Source: an uncultured virus (IMG/VR IMGVR_UViG_3300049255_000219) (Duplodnaviria > Heunggongvirae > Uroviricota > Caudoviricetes). Taken from it: DNA of 64,000 nucleotides. How positions within the stretch are numbered: the first letter of the stretch is position 1; each line of letters starts with the position of its first letter. Both the position numbers and the translations under genes were made by a program. The stretch is taken from the IMG/VR virus record IMGVR_UViG_3300049255_000219. The stretch is one strand, 5' to 3'. Below are positions 1 through 9,158 of the stretch, piece by piece. The notes under the pieces are model-generated. The model made no database searches. It was not told where the DNA came from and saw nothing but the letters and a program-made list of their open reading frames with translations.

Positions 1-1184
1 CGGTCCCAAGGGAATTGCACCTTAACGCGGCCGTACTGGTCACAAAAAATTTCCTGCCCCTTGGGGCCAGATATCTTCGCAGAATGCGGGCCGACGATGC
101 GTGGTTTCGCAGTTACACGCGGAGGCTGGTAGCGGTCGGCAGAAGGTTTAACATTGAACGTAATCGACCAAGTTGTTTCCTGTCCATCTGAGCGCGACGT
201 GTTGGAATTTTCTTGGAAAAAATAATCTGCACCGACAATCAGATATTCGGCGTTGGCCTTGCGCGTCGGGTGGTCGGTCAGCTTGAAATAGTAGCCTGGC
301 GCTATACCACGCACGTTCGTCGTTGCAGTAATCGTCTGGAAGTCCAGTTGCTGTTGCTCCCGACGGACGCGCGCTAGCTTGCTGCCTTCGGCAAGGTCGG
401 GATAGCCTCCGTGCCACTCATACATTTCGAGGCTATCGTTCGTATGCCCCTTTTCGTCGGCGTCGATTTTGAGGTTGCGGGCGTCAGGCGCTTTGAAGTT
501 GTATGAGTTGGTGACGTAACTGCCGGATTTCACATCGTGCTGGACTTCCCATTCGGTGATGTACTCATCGGCATCCATTGGCCGCGAGCCAGGCGTCAGG
601 AATTCGATGGTGCTGTATTCAGGCAGCGTCGTATGCCCGCCGTCTGTGAAGCAGATAGTGTGCGAGCCCAAGTCGTGTTTGACGTAAAAGTAGATGCCGA
701 CTTCTTCCGCCAACCGCTTCACGAAATTCAGCGAGGTCTCTCCGTACATGACTGTATTCTCGCGGACGGAATACGAATCCATGAGCTTCATTTCGAGCGG
801 CAGACCAAACTCCCCGAGGGTGTCTTTGATGATTGTTGGGACATCTTTTTGCAAATGAATTTTGCAATCTGAGCGGAGGTCCGCCAAATGCAACCACGAC
901 TGTAATTTCGCTTTGTATTTGTACTGTTTTCCAGCGCTTCCGTCTGGGCCAATGTAGGTGAATTGCGTTACCAACCCGTCGAGATATCTAGAATTTTTCT
1001 CTTGAGTAATTATTTCAATCGTAAAGCTCTTACCAAGAACATCGGTTGCTTCAAGGTCGGGGGACGGGCTCACGCATTGAACTTCAAACTCTGACACAGT
1101 CGATAGGGCTTCTTTGCCCGACATGCTTACGAAATTGAGTTGGTCGTCAAACGGGGAGTGGAGTATGAATGTTCTGTTGGCCAT
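1..1184 (-). CDS. vgrG: Type VI secretion tip protein VgrG (5' part; runs off left edge)
   Basis: Hand translation from ATG at 1184 is open to the window edge: MANRTFILHSP...MSGKEALSTVSEFEV...SRYLDGLVTQF...MYGETSLNFVKRLAEEVGIYFYV...EIFCDQYGRVKVQFPWD. These are typical VgrG motifs. Absent from the ORF track because no stop lies in the window. Confidence 0.93.
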   Translation of the reverse strand, partial: MANRTFILHSPFDDQLNFVSMSGKEALSTVSEFEVQCVSPSPDLEATDVLGKSFTIEIITQEKNSRYLDGLVTQFTYIGPDGSAGKQYKYKAKLQSWLHLADLRSDCKIHLQKDVPTIIKDTLGEFGLPLEMKLMDSYSVRENTVMYGETSLNFVKRLAEEVGIYFYVKHDLGSHTICFTDGGHTTLPEYSTIEFLTPGSRPMDADEYITEWEVQHDVKSGSYVTNSYNFKAPDARNLKIDADEKGHTNDSLEMYEWHGGYPDLAEGSKLARVRREQQQLDFQTITATTNVRGIAPGYYFKLTDHPTRKANAEYLIVGADYFFQENSNTSRSDGQETTWSITFNVKPSADRYQPPRVTAKPRIVGPHSAKISGPKGQEIFCDQYGRVKVQFPWD

Positions 1185-1365
1185 GACAGGAAGGAATAGG
1201 TTTGCAGTCCGAAGCCAGGCAAGAAAATTGCATTAAAGCTAATTGCCGGTTCGACATATTACCTCACTGGCCGCAGTTGTGGCTAGTCACATATTTACGG
1301 TATTGACAACGAAATTTGCTTTCAGGCACGCACACGCGCGTGCCACAAAAGATATGATTTTGTTA

Positions 1366-1381
1366 CTGTTATTGTTGACAG
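1366..1381. promoter_or_regulatory. Possible LexA (SOS) box upstream of vgrG
   Basis: taCTGTtattgttgACAGtg fits CTGT-N8-ACAG, in an AT-rich intergenic region about 180 bp upstream of vgrG. Confidence 0.35.
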
Positions 1382-1557
1382 TGAAACGATTCAAAATCCT
1401 CAATTAGATTGCATAGACAGCGGCCAGCAGAAACACGACCTAAGTCAATTTTTACAATTTATTACAACCGAGTGTACCCACCAATGCAGGAATCCGCTCT
1501 CAAATCTATTTGTCGAATTCTTGGAGGTTCCGCATATTCGACTAGCAATTGCACCGG

Positions 1558-1596
1558 AAAGAAAAATACCCCGCTGACGAAGGTAGCGTAGCGGGG
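1558..1596 (-). terminator. Intrinsic terminator of the recombinase operon
   Basis: On the minus strand, CCCCGCT...AGCGGGG stem followed by TATTTTTCTTT, about 40 bp after the stop at 1637. Confidence 0.6.
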
Positions 1597-1636
1597 CGAC
1601 CTGCAAATTGACGAATGCGTTCGTCCAGTTAGAGCG

Positions 1637-2062
1637 CTAAAGCCGAAGCCGTTGCTCCTCCCACAGCGCCGGCGGGTCAACCGCCAGATCGAACAAAGTG
1701 ATGTGGTCCGGCAGCGCATCGTCGAGAATGGCGTTGACAATGTCCGGTGCCAGCGTGGTCAGGTTGACCATTCGACTCACGTAGCTGTTATCAACACCTT
1801 CCTTTGCGGCGAGTTCCTTCAGCGACCTGACCTCGCCGGAATCCAGCATGGCGAGCCAGCGATGCCCGCGGGCAAGCGCAAGTTGCAGCGACGTCGCGGC
1901 ACGATCCCATGGTCGCGGCTTGGCCGTTTCACCACTGGGCAGCGTGACGAGCTTACGGCCGCTACGGCGCTTGATGCGGATCGGGACTGAGATCGTGACG
2001 CGACCGGAGCTATCCGGGATGACCTCGGGCGCACCAGTCTGGTCGATGCGTGTATTGCTCAT
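1637..2062 (-). CDS. Small HTH-containing protein coupled to the serine recombinase
   Basis: ATGA overlap with the recombinase; HTH-like SLKELAAKEGVDNSYVSRMVNLTTLAPDIV. Confidence 0.8.
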   Translation of the reverse strand: MSNTRIDQTGAPEVIPDSSGRVTISVPIRIKRRSGRKLVTLPSGETAKPRPWDRAATSLQLALARGHRWLAMLDSGEVRSLKELAAKEGVDNSYVSRMVNLTTLAPDIVNAILDDALPDHITLFDLAVDPPALWEEQRLRL

Positions 2063-3414
2063 GCCATTTCCTTCTCAACGTGTTCCACCGGCTCCGGGCG
2101 CAATTCCAGCACCAGTCGTTCGATGCCATTTGCATGCAACCTGAGCTCGATGTCGTCGGGCGAAACCACAACCTTTTCCACCAGCAGCCGCACAATGCGA
2201 ATCTGCTCCGCGGGAAATAGTTGATCCCAGACCTGGTCGAGCCGCGTCATGGCCACCGTGACCCGCGCCTCGTCAAGCGTTGCGTCCAGTTCGACGGCCC
2301 GGGTGACAACGTCGCCCAGCAGGCTGGGTGAACGCAGGGTCGTGCGCAACTGATCCAGCACCGCCGATTCCAGTTCGGCTGCGGGCAGGCGCGGCAAGCC
2401 CGATGCTCCCGCATGCTCTTTCGCGTCACGTTGCGGAATATAGTAGCGGTACCGGCGTCCGGTTTTCTTGGTCGTGTGCCACGGCGACAACGCGCGCCCG
2501 TCATTGCCGAACACGATACCCTTGAGCAGGAACGGCACCGTCGCCCGGGTCGCATTGGCGCGCACATGACTGTTGCTGGCCAGGATCGATTGCACGTCAT
2601 CCCATGTCTTGCGGTCAACGATTGGCGGGTGCTCCGCCTGATACCACTGTTCCTTGTGCCGCAGCTCCCCGAGATAGGTCCGGTTGCCAAGCAGTTTGTA
2701 GATCAGGCTCTTGTCGATAGGTTTGCCGTCGCGCACCTTGCCGTCCTGCGTGACCCAGGCTTTCGACGTCACACCGTCGAGGCGCAGTTCCTTGACCAGC
2801 AACGTCGACGAACCCAGCTCGACGAATCGTTTGAAAATATGCCGGATGATTTTGGCTTCGCGCTCATTGGCCACCAGCCTCCGGTTCTCGACGTCGTAGC
2901 CGAGCGGCGGCACGCCGCCCATCCACATGCCTTTGCGCTTACTTGCAGCAATTTTGTCGCGGATGCGCTCACCAGTGACTTCCCGCTCGAACTGGGCGAA
3001 TGACAGAAGGACGTTGAGCATCAGCCGTCCCATCGAGGTCGTCGTATTGAATTGCTGGGTCACCGAAACGAACGACACTCCCTGCCGGTCGAAGACCTCG
3101 ATCATCTTGGAAAAATCCGCAAGGCTGCGCGTCAAGCGGTCGATCTTATAAACCACCACGATATCGACTTTCCCGGTCTCGATATCCGCCATCAGGCGTC
3201 TCAGCCCAGGCCGCTCCATGTTGCCGCCGGAAAAAGCGGGATCGTCGTAGTCGTCGGCCACCGCAATCCAGCCCTCGGCGCGCTGGCTGGCTATATACGC
3301 GTGGCCAGCATCGCGCTGGGCATCAATCGAATTGTATTCCTGGTCCAAACCTTCCTCGCTGGACTTGCGTGTATAGACGGCGCAACGCAGGCGACGCTTG
3401 AGTATTTCGCTCAT
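2059..3414 (-). CDS. Large serine recombinase (prophage integrase)
   Basis: N-terminal CAVYTRKSS catalytic motif, VYKIDRLTRS, recombinase domain (GGVPPLGY...YLGEL), degenerate zinc ribbon. Confidence 0.95.
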   Translation of the reverse strand: MSEILKRRLRCAVYTRKSSEEGLDQEYNSIDAQRDAGHAYIASQRAEGWIAVADDYDDPAFSGGNMERPGLRRLMADIETGKVDIVVVYKIDRLTRSLADFSKMIEVFDRQGVSFVSVTQQFNTTTSMGRLMLNVLLSFAQFEREVTGERIRDKIAASKRKGMWMGGVPPLGYDVENRRLVANEREAKIIRHIFKRFVELGSSTLLVKELRLDGVTSKAWVTQDGKVRDGKPIDKSLIYKLLGNRTYLGELRHKEQWYQAEHPPIVDRKTWDDVQSILASNSHVRANATRATVPFLLKGIVFGNDGRALSPWHTTKKTGRRYRYYIPQRDAKEHAGASGLPRLPAAELESAVLDQLRTTLRSPSLLGDVVTRAVELDATLDEARVTVAMTRLDQVWDQLFPAEQIRIVRLLVEKVVVSPDDIELRLHANGIERLVLELRPEPVEHVEKEMA

Positions 3415-3899
3415 TTTGCCGCTCCCTTCTTCGGCTTGGACGGCATCTTGAGGCCGAAGAACAGTGGACCGGACCAGCGCGTGCCGGTGATTTCCCGGGC
3501 AATCACGGACAGGCTCGGATAGAGCCGCCCTTCAAATTCGTATTGATCGTCGGCGGTAACCGTAACCCGGTATTCGACCTTCTGGTATTCGCGTGTGAGG
3601 ACGGTGCCTGCTACCGGCCGGTAATCGCGGTCGCGCTTCTTGAGCTTGCCCGTGTCCACCAGCGCGGCGACGCGCCGCCGGTTGCGTTCCAGTAGAGCTG
3701 CATTGCTTTTGCGGCACTCGACCTCCTGCAGCTTGTAGGCAATCCGGCGCTCCAGAAATTGCCGGTTGTGTGTAGGCGTCTCGGCCGCGAACAGGCGGCG
3801 CCAGAGCGACTTGATGTCATCCATGTGTAATTGGGACAGGCTGGAAATCTGCGCGACCAATGTGGGCGGCATGACGGGAATACTGGGTGTTGCTTTCAT
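3411..3899 (-). CDS. DUF2924-like protein
   Basis: LERRIAYKLQE, GTVLTREY, SLSVIAREITGTRWSGPLFFGL; overlaps the recombinase start. Confidence 0.88.
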   Translation of the reverse strand: MKATPSIPVMPPTLVAQISSLSQLHMDDIKSLWRRLFAAETPTHNRQFLERRIAYKLQEVECRKSNAALLERNRRRVAALVDTGKLKKRDRDYRPVAGTVLTREYQKVEYRVTVTADDQYEFEGRLYPSLSVIAREITGTRWSGPLFFGLKMPSKPKKGAAK

Positions 3900-4111
3900 T
3901 TGAACTCCGGTTTTCTGGTTGACGGGTTGTCATGAACGCTCTGGTCACCCGAAAAGCCAAGTACAAATTCGCTCTCTACACCCCGATTTGTGGACTTGAC
4001 GAGATTAGTGTCGCGTAAGCGGACAATCCCGCGCGCCAGATAGAGAGCGACCTCGCTGCATCTCTGTTCGGCGGTCATTCTGGACGGCGGCGTCTGGTTG
4101 ACGTCTTTCAT
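3896..4111 (-). CDS. Hypothetical protein, first gene of the recombinase operon
   Basis: MKDVNQTPPSRMTAEQRCSEVALYLARGIVRL; ATGA coupling to DUF2924; start moved to ATG 4111. Confidence 0.65.
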   Translation of the reverse strand: MKDVNQTPPSRMTAEQRCSEVALYLARGIVRLRDTNLVKSTNRGVESEFVLGFSGDQSVHDNPSTRKPEFK

Positions 4112-4479
4112 TGGGTAGCCCTTTATAGTTTCAAACTCGTGTGATCCACGATTATCCAAATCTACCCGTCCGCGCGTAATCCCGGAATTGCGTAGTCATT
4201 AGGGTGAAAGCCAAGCATTGCGGGATCTCCTCAGCGACAGCTCCAATTTTTTGCACGAATGCTTACGCCGCCGGAGGCTGGACATCCGATGAAATATTTA
4301 CTACTTTTGAACGATTGCTTTCTTGAAATACTACTCACAGACCCTCACTTGTCCGTGTTTTCATAAAAAATCTGGAAACGCAGTTCAGCCAAGCCCAACG
4401 GACGGCATCCAAGGCGGCTTTTGGCCACGGATCACCCATGCATGCTTTTCTGATAACAACATTCAACAAACGGAGCGAC

Positions 4480-6675
4480 ATGGCAAGAACATTTAAAGGA
4501 ATCCCATCACTGCACCGATTGCTGGAGTCCGCGCCAGTCGAAACCATCAAAACGCTCGTGCTTGACGTGGACGAAGCACAACATGCCGGGTGCTTCGCCG
4601 GCGTGCCATGGGCGGAAGACGATGCCGACGACGCGCAGATCGACACCACCCGGCATGCCGCGCTCGAAGTAGCACTCGGATTAAAACCAGAAACCGCGAT
4701 CCCGCTGGAGCAGCACGCGCTGCGGATCCTCACCCTGTCGGAAGGGCGAGGGGTAGAAGCGATAGGCAAGGTCTCGGGCCGGATTTTCGATACCGAAAAA
4801 CTCGCCGCGTTCAACCTGCAGCGAGACGGCTACGGCCGCGCTGGCTGGCTGTACCTCAATGAGGAAACACTGTTCGACGAGGCGGAGAATCTGTTCTACG
4901 CGGATCACTATCGCAATCTGGGCAAGATGTACGAGGCGTTCGAGGTCGACACCAACGGCAGTACCGATTTCGATTGGAACGCCACCACCAAGGCGGCGCT
5001 CGAGCAAAAACTGCAGGAAGAGCTTGAACTTGCCGAGCCCTGCAAGATCGACCACATCCGGGTCAGCAACACGCGGGACGACGGCACCGAATACGAATCG
5101 CACCTCCTCATCGTTCGACATGCCGGACCGCTATCGAGCGTCGCCGCTCTGAAAGACGGACGCAAGAAACCGCTCTACTACCGTCCGGCGATCGAGGCGA
5201 CGCTGATGTTTTCTCCGCAGGATGGCGTGGTCGAGGTGTTCGCGGAAAGCGCTGGCGTCAGGCCGGTGGTTGCATCGGCGTTTGCCGTGGTCGGACTGAA
5301 ACATGACCTCTCGGACAAACCGCTCACCCTCAAGCAATACAACCTCGCACGCTTCCTGGATTCGCTCAAGCTCGACGTGCCCAGCATTCCCGGATTTGAC
5401 ATCGAGTTCGTGACGATCGTGGAAGCCGAAGCCCGGCCCCAGAATCTCAGGCATCGTGCCTCGCTCAAGGTTTCGCCTGGCGACGATATCGAAACCGTCG
5501 CCAGTGAGCTGTTCGGGCCGGATAACATTTTCCGGCGCGCCGCCGTCATCAGCAAGGTGGTGATTGCCGTGCGCTATTCGATGGACGGCGAAGGCAAAAC
5601 CAAAACACTAAACATCACGCTCAGCGATCCCAACCGCTGCAACCTGCGCAGTAACCGGGATCCACGGCAGCGGGATTTCGGATTCGCGCTGCTGGCGCAC
5701 TGGGGAATCCTGCAGACGGTGCGGCAACTGGACGCCGTTGAAGAAAACACGATCTTTCCTGCGCTACTTGCCCTCTATGATCAGCGGGAAGACCAGATTT
5801 CCCGCAAGTACCTGCACACCCGCGGAATCCCTGTCGATCCGCTGCTGGACGGCGGGTTCCTGGTGCGCCGCGGTCGCCACAATTCCATCGATATCGATCT
5901 GGACGACGGGCAGGTGCAAATGGTGCCCGTCTCGCCATCTTCGACGCCGGGCCACGTCAAGTACGACTGCCCGCAGGCCGGGCGGCCGATTGAAATCCCG
6001 GGCCTGATGCTGGAATATTTCGAGATCAAGCGCGACTGGATCGAGGAACGGGTCGTCAATGGCCTGCGCGCTTCGCTCAAGCCGGTCGGACAGCCGCTCC
6101 ACGATGACGGACTGATCTATCTTGGGGAACTGAATCTCGATTCTGAAAAAGTGCCAGGCTACCTCGCCCGGCAATTGCACGACGGCCGCGTGGTGAGCAA
6201 CTACGACACCCAGTTGCGCGCCAGACATGACGCTGGCACCGGCATCGTTCTTTGCGCCGGCAATACGCATCCGTCCTTCCTCGGCATCAATGTGGTGGTG
6301 CCGCTCACGTCTATGCTCGCCACCGGTACCGCCGCGGTCACCATCGACATTACCCGTCTCAAGAGCGTCTATGTTCAGAACAAGACCTTGGCGCGCGGTG
6401 GATTGACCGTCGATTTTGCGGTCGAAGGCAATCGCACCGCCACGCTGTTCGTCCCCGGCAAGCCTGCCCTGACGGTCGTCGGCGAGAAGCAGATCAAGAT
6501 CATCCAGCGTCTTGTCGACGCCTATCGCTCGGGCAATCCGGCAGTGGCCACCAAGGATCTGATGGATGGATCCGGCTCGCACAGCCCCAGGCAGGCATTC
6601 CGTAACTGGAATGTCATCGCCGATACCTATATCGGCACTGTCGGCAAACGCGGCGCGTGGATGCTGCTCGTCTAA
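4480..6675 (+). CDS. Large (~731 aa) hypothetical protein with possible C-terminal winged-helix domain; candidate regulator
   Basis: Long ORF with phage-like codon usage; GGAG RBS before ATG 4480; C-terminal KQIKIIQRLVDAY...ATKDLMDGSGS...RGAWML resembles a wHTH. Confidence 0.8.
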   Translation: MARTFKGIPSLHRLLESAPVETIKTLVLDVDEAQHAGCFAGVPWAEDDADDAQIDTTRHAALEVALGLKPETAIPLEQHALRILTLSEGRGVEAIGKVSGRIFDTEKLAAFNLQRDGYGRAGWLYLNEETLFDEAENLFYADHYRNLGKMYEAFEVDTNGSTDFDWNATTKAALEQKLQEELELAEPCKIDHIRVSNTRDDGTEYESHLLIVRHAGPLSSVAALKDGRKKPLYYRPAIEATLMFSPQDGVVEVFAESAGVRPVVASAFAVVGLKHDLSDKPLTLKQYNLARFLDSLKLDVPSIPGFDIEFVTIVEAEARPQNLRHRASLKVSPGDDIETVASELFGPDNIFRRAAVISKVVIAVRYSMDGEGKTKTLNITLSDPNRCNLRSNRDPRQRDFGFALLAHWGILQTVRQLDAVEENTIFPALLALYDQREDQISRKYLHTRGIPVDPLLDGGFLVRRGRHNSIDIDLDDGQVQMVPVSPSSTPGHVKYDCPQAGRPIEIPGLMLEYFEIKRDWIEERVVNGLRASLKPVGQPLHDDGLIYLGELNLDSEKVPGYLARQLHDGRVVSNYDTQLRARHDAGTGIVLCAGNTHPSFLGINVVVPLTSMLATGTAAVTIDITRLKSVYVQNKTLARGGLTVDFAVEGNRTATLFVPGKPALTVVGEKQIKIIQRLVDAYRSGNPAVATKDLMDGSGSHSPRQAFRNWNVIADTYIGTVGKRGAWMLLV

Positions 6676-6788
6676 CCAGCGTCTCATCAGTTTTAACCTC
6701 CCCAACGGGCCGCCACAGTGCGGCCCGTTTCCATTTGCGGGTTCACCCCGTCTAACGAGCGTCTAAGTTTTCGGTATAGAGCGTCTCA
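6669..6788 (+). promoter_or_regulatory. Heptamer direct repeats CGTCT(A/C)A in 11-bp phase upstream of the early operon
   Basis: Copies at 6669, 6680, 6749, 6760 and 6782. Confidence 0.6.
6704..6735 (+). terminator. Hairpin/terminator after the 731-aa gene
   Basis: AACGGGCCGC-cacagt-GCGGCCCGTT followed by tccattt. Confidence 0.6.
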
Positions 6789-6840
6789 ATTCATATCCGG
6801 AGGATTCGGGTTTCCTTAAACACACTTAGGAATACCCAAA

Positions 6841-7125
6841 ATGCACATCTCTTCCGCATCCAGCCGGCAAGGCACCGCAGCAGCGGTCTCCCTTTCGCCG
6901 GAATCAACTTCTGCCCCAAAGACCCGGCTCGCCCAGAACGACCTGTCTACACGCTGGGGCATTTCTTCCAAAACGCTGGAACGCTGGCGCGTGCTCGGCA
7001 TCGGCCCCTGTTTCCTGAAGCTGGGCGGCAAGGTCGTCTACCGGCTCGAAGATGTCGAGGCGTATGAACGGCATTCCCTGCGCCAAAGCACTTCCGAAGC
7101 GGCTCACGCCGGAGGTGCAGCATGA
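6841..7125 (+). CDS. AlpA/excisionase-like HTH DNA-binding protein
   Basis: LAQNDLSTRWGISSKTLERWRVLGIGPCFLKLGGKVVYRLEDVEAYE. Confidence 0.88.
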   Translation: MHISSASSRQGTAAAVSLSPESTSAPKTRLAQNDLSTRWGISSKTLERWRVLGIGPCFLKLGGKVVYRLEDVEAYERHSLRQSTSEAAHAGGAA

Positions 7126-7604
7126 GCCGCCTCACCCTCGACCAGGCGATCACCACGCCCGTCACCAAACTTGCCCAGTTGCCGGCTGACGCCTTGTTTT
7201 CCCTGAAGACCGAAGCGACCGATATCCTGACTGCCGCCAAGGGGCTCATCGAACATATCGACGCTGCCGTCGAACTGCGGTTCGCCGAGCAGGCGCAGAC
7301 CATCCGCTTCGCAGCCGGCAAGGATACCGGCGTCGTGCATTTCACCGATGGCGCGGTACGCGTCACCGCCGACCTCCCCAAGAAAATCGAGTGGGATCAG
7401 GCCAAGCTGGCCGAAATCGTGTCGCGCATTGTCGCCGCTGGCGACAACCCGGCCCAATACGTCGACGTCAGCTATCGCGTAGCTGAGACGAAATACTGCG
7501 CCTGGCCCGCAGTCCTGCAGGAACAGTTCACGCCTGCCCGCACCATGAAAACCGGCAAACCCGGCTTCCGCCTGGCGCTGATCGATGGGGGAGACGCGCA
7601 ATGA
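7122..7604 (+). CDS. Conserved phage hypothetical protein (replication/recombination module)
   Basis: ATGA-coupled on both sides; DLPKKIEWDQAKL motif. Confidence 0.8.
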   Translation: MSRLTLDQAITTPVTKLAQLPADALFSLKTEATDILTAAKGLIEHIDAAVELRFAEQAQTIRFAAGKDTGVVHFTDGAVRVTADLPKKIEWDQAKLAEIVSRIVAAGDNPAQYVDVSYRVAETKYCAWPAVLQEQFTPARTMKTGKPGFRLALIDGGDAQ

Positions 7605-8485
7605 GCCTGCCCATCATTTCCGCAGACCAGCGCCTTGCCGAAAAGCGCGGCAGCAAGCTGGTGATCTTCGGCCCGTCCGGCATCGGCAAGACCAGCCTGC
7701 TCAACACCCTGCCGGCCGAACGCACCCTGTTCGTCGACCTGGAAGCTGGCGACCTGGCCGTTCAGGACTGGACGGGCGACGCGATCCGTCCGCAGACCTG
7801 GCAGGAATTCCGCGATTTCGCGGTGTTCCTGGGCGGCCCCAATCCGGCGCTGCGCGACGAGCAGCCGTTTTCGACGGCGCACCACCGCTTCGTCTGCGAG
7901 CAGTTCGGCGATCCGGCCTCGCTGGCGAAATACGACACCTACTTCATCGACAGCATCACGGTGCTGGCGCGTCTGTGCTTCCAGTGGTGCAAGGGCCAGC
8001 CGCAAGCCTTCTCCGAAAAAACCGGCAAGCCGGACAGTCGCGGCGCCTATGGCCTGCTGGGACAGGAACTGATCGGCGCGCTGACCCACCTGCAGCACAC
8101 CCGCGACAAGAACGTGGTGCTGGTCGGCATCCTCGACGAAAAGACAGACGACTTCAACCGCAAGGTGTTCGTGCCGCAGATCGACGGCAGCAAGACCGGC
8201 CTGGAGTTGCCCGGCATCGTCGATCAGGTGATCACGATGACGGCGCTGAAATCCGACGACGGCAGTCTCTATCGCGCCTTCGTCTGCCATACGCTCAATC
8301 CATGGGGCTATCCAGCCAAGGATCGCTCTGGCCGGCTCGACCTCACGGAAGAGCCGCATCTCGGCCGCCTGCTGCACAAGATGGCCGGCCCGGTGCGTCC
8401 CGCCGCCGAGCGCCTGCGCTTCGACGCATTGCCATCGACACAAATCCCGCAAAACACCGAATCCACTTCATCGCAAGGAATCTGA
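7601..8485 (+). CDS. AAA-family ATPase (AAA_24/Sak4-like)
   Basis: Walker A GPSGIGKT, Walker B FIDSIT, C-terminal AKDRSGRL. Confidence 0.88.
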   Translation: MSLPIISADQRLAEKRGSKLVIFGPSGIGKTSLLNTLPAERTLFVDLEAGDLAVQDWTGDAIRPQTWQEFRDFAVFLGGPNPALRDEQPFSTAHHRFVCEQFGDPASLAKYDTYFIDSITVLARLCFQWCKGQPQAFSEKTGKPDSRGAYGLLGQELIGALTHLQHTRDKNVVLVGILDEKTDDFNRKVFVPQIDGSKTGLELPGIVDQVITMTALKSDDGSLYRAFVCHTLNPWGYPAKDRSGRLDLTEEPHLGRLLHKMAGPVRPAAERLRFDALPSTQIPQNTESTSSQGI

Positions 8486-8488
8486 TCC

Positions 8489-9145
8489 ATGAACAACTAC
8501 ATCCACACCAATCCTTGGGCCGATTTCAACGACGCCCAGAACCAGCAATCCTATGACGTGATCCCGAAGGGCACGCTGGCGCGGGTACGCATGACCATCA
8601 AACCGGGCGGCTACGACCAGCCGGAACAAGGCTGGACCGGCGGTTACGCAACCCTCTCCGACAAGACCGGCTCGGTCTACCTGAATGCCGAATTCGTCGT
8701 GACAGAAGGCGATTTCGCCAAGCGCAAGATCTGGAGCCTGATCGGCCTGTACAGCCCGAAAGGCCCGGACTGGGCCAACATCGGCCGCGCCTTTGTGCGC
8801 GCATTGCTGAATTCATCGCGCAACCTGCAGCCGCAGGACAACGGTCAGCAGGCCGCTGCGGCGCGCCGGATCCAGGGATTCGCCGATCTCGACGGCATCG
8901 AATTCCTGGCGAAGATCGACGTCGAGAAAGATCAGAACGACGAACCCAAGAATGTCATCAAGGTCGCGATCCAGCCGGACCACAAGGACTATGCGCGACT
9001 GATGGGCCTGACGTCCCGCGCGCCCAACCCGTCCGCAGGCTCGGCTCCGGCAGCGCCGACACCTCTGGCACCAGCTACTCAACCATCGCGGACGCCAACA
9101 CCGGCTCCCGCCAACGCACCCGGCCGCCCAAGCTGGGCGCAATAG
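8489..9145 (+). CDS. Putative ssDNA-binding protein (DUF669-like)
   Basis: Follows the Sak4-like ATPase; beta-rich core with Pro/Ala-rich tail ending PSWAQ. Confidence 0.65.
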   Translation: MNNYIHTNPWADFNDAQNQQSYDVIPKGTLARVRMTIKPGGYDQPEQGWTGGYATLSDKTGSVYLNAEFVVTEGDFAKRKIWSLIGLYSPKGPDWANIGRAFVRALLNSSRNLQPQDNGQQAAAARRIQGFADLDGIEFLAKIDVEKDQNDEPKNVIKVAIQPDHKDYARLMGLTSRAPNPSAGSAPAAPTPLAPATQPSRTPTPAPANAPGRPSWAQ

Positions 9146-9158
9146 GAGAACCGCTGCG

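Noticed and set aside
1400..1636. attL site with a matching attR
   Set aside because: No matching direct repeat found by eye near 55 kb or 63 kb; serine-integrase cores can be too short to see.
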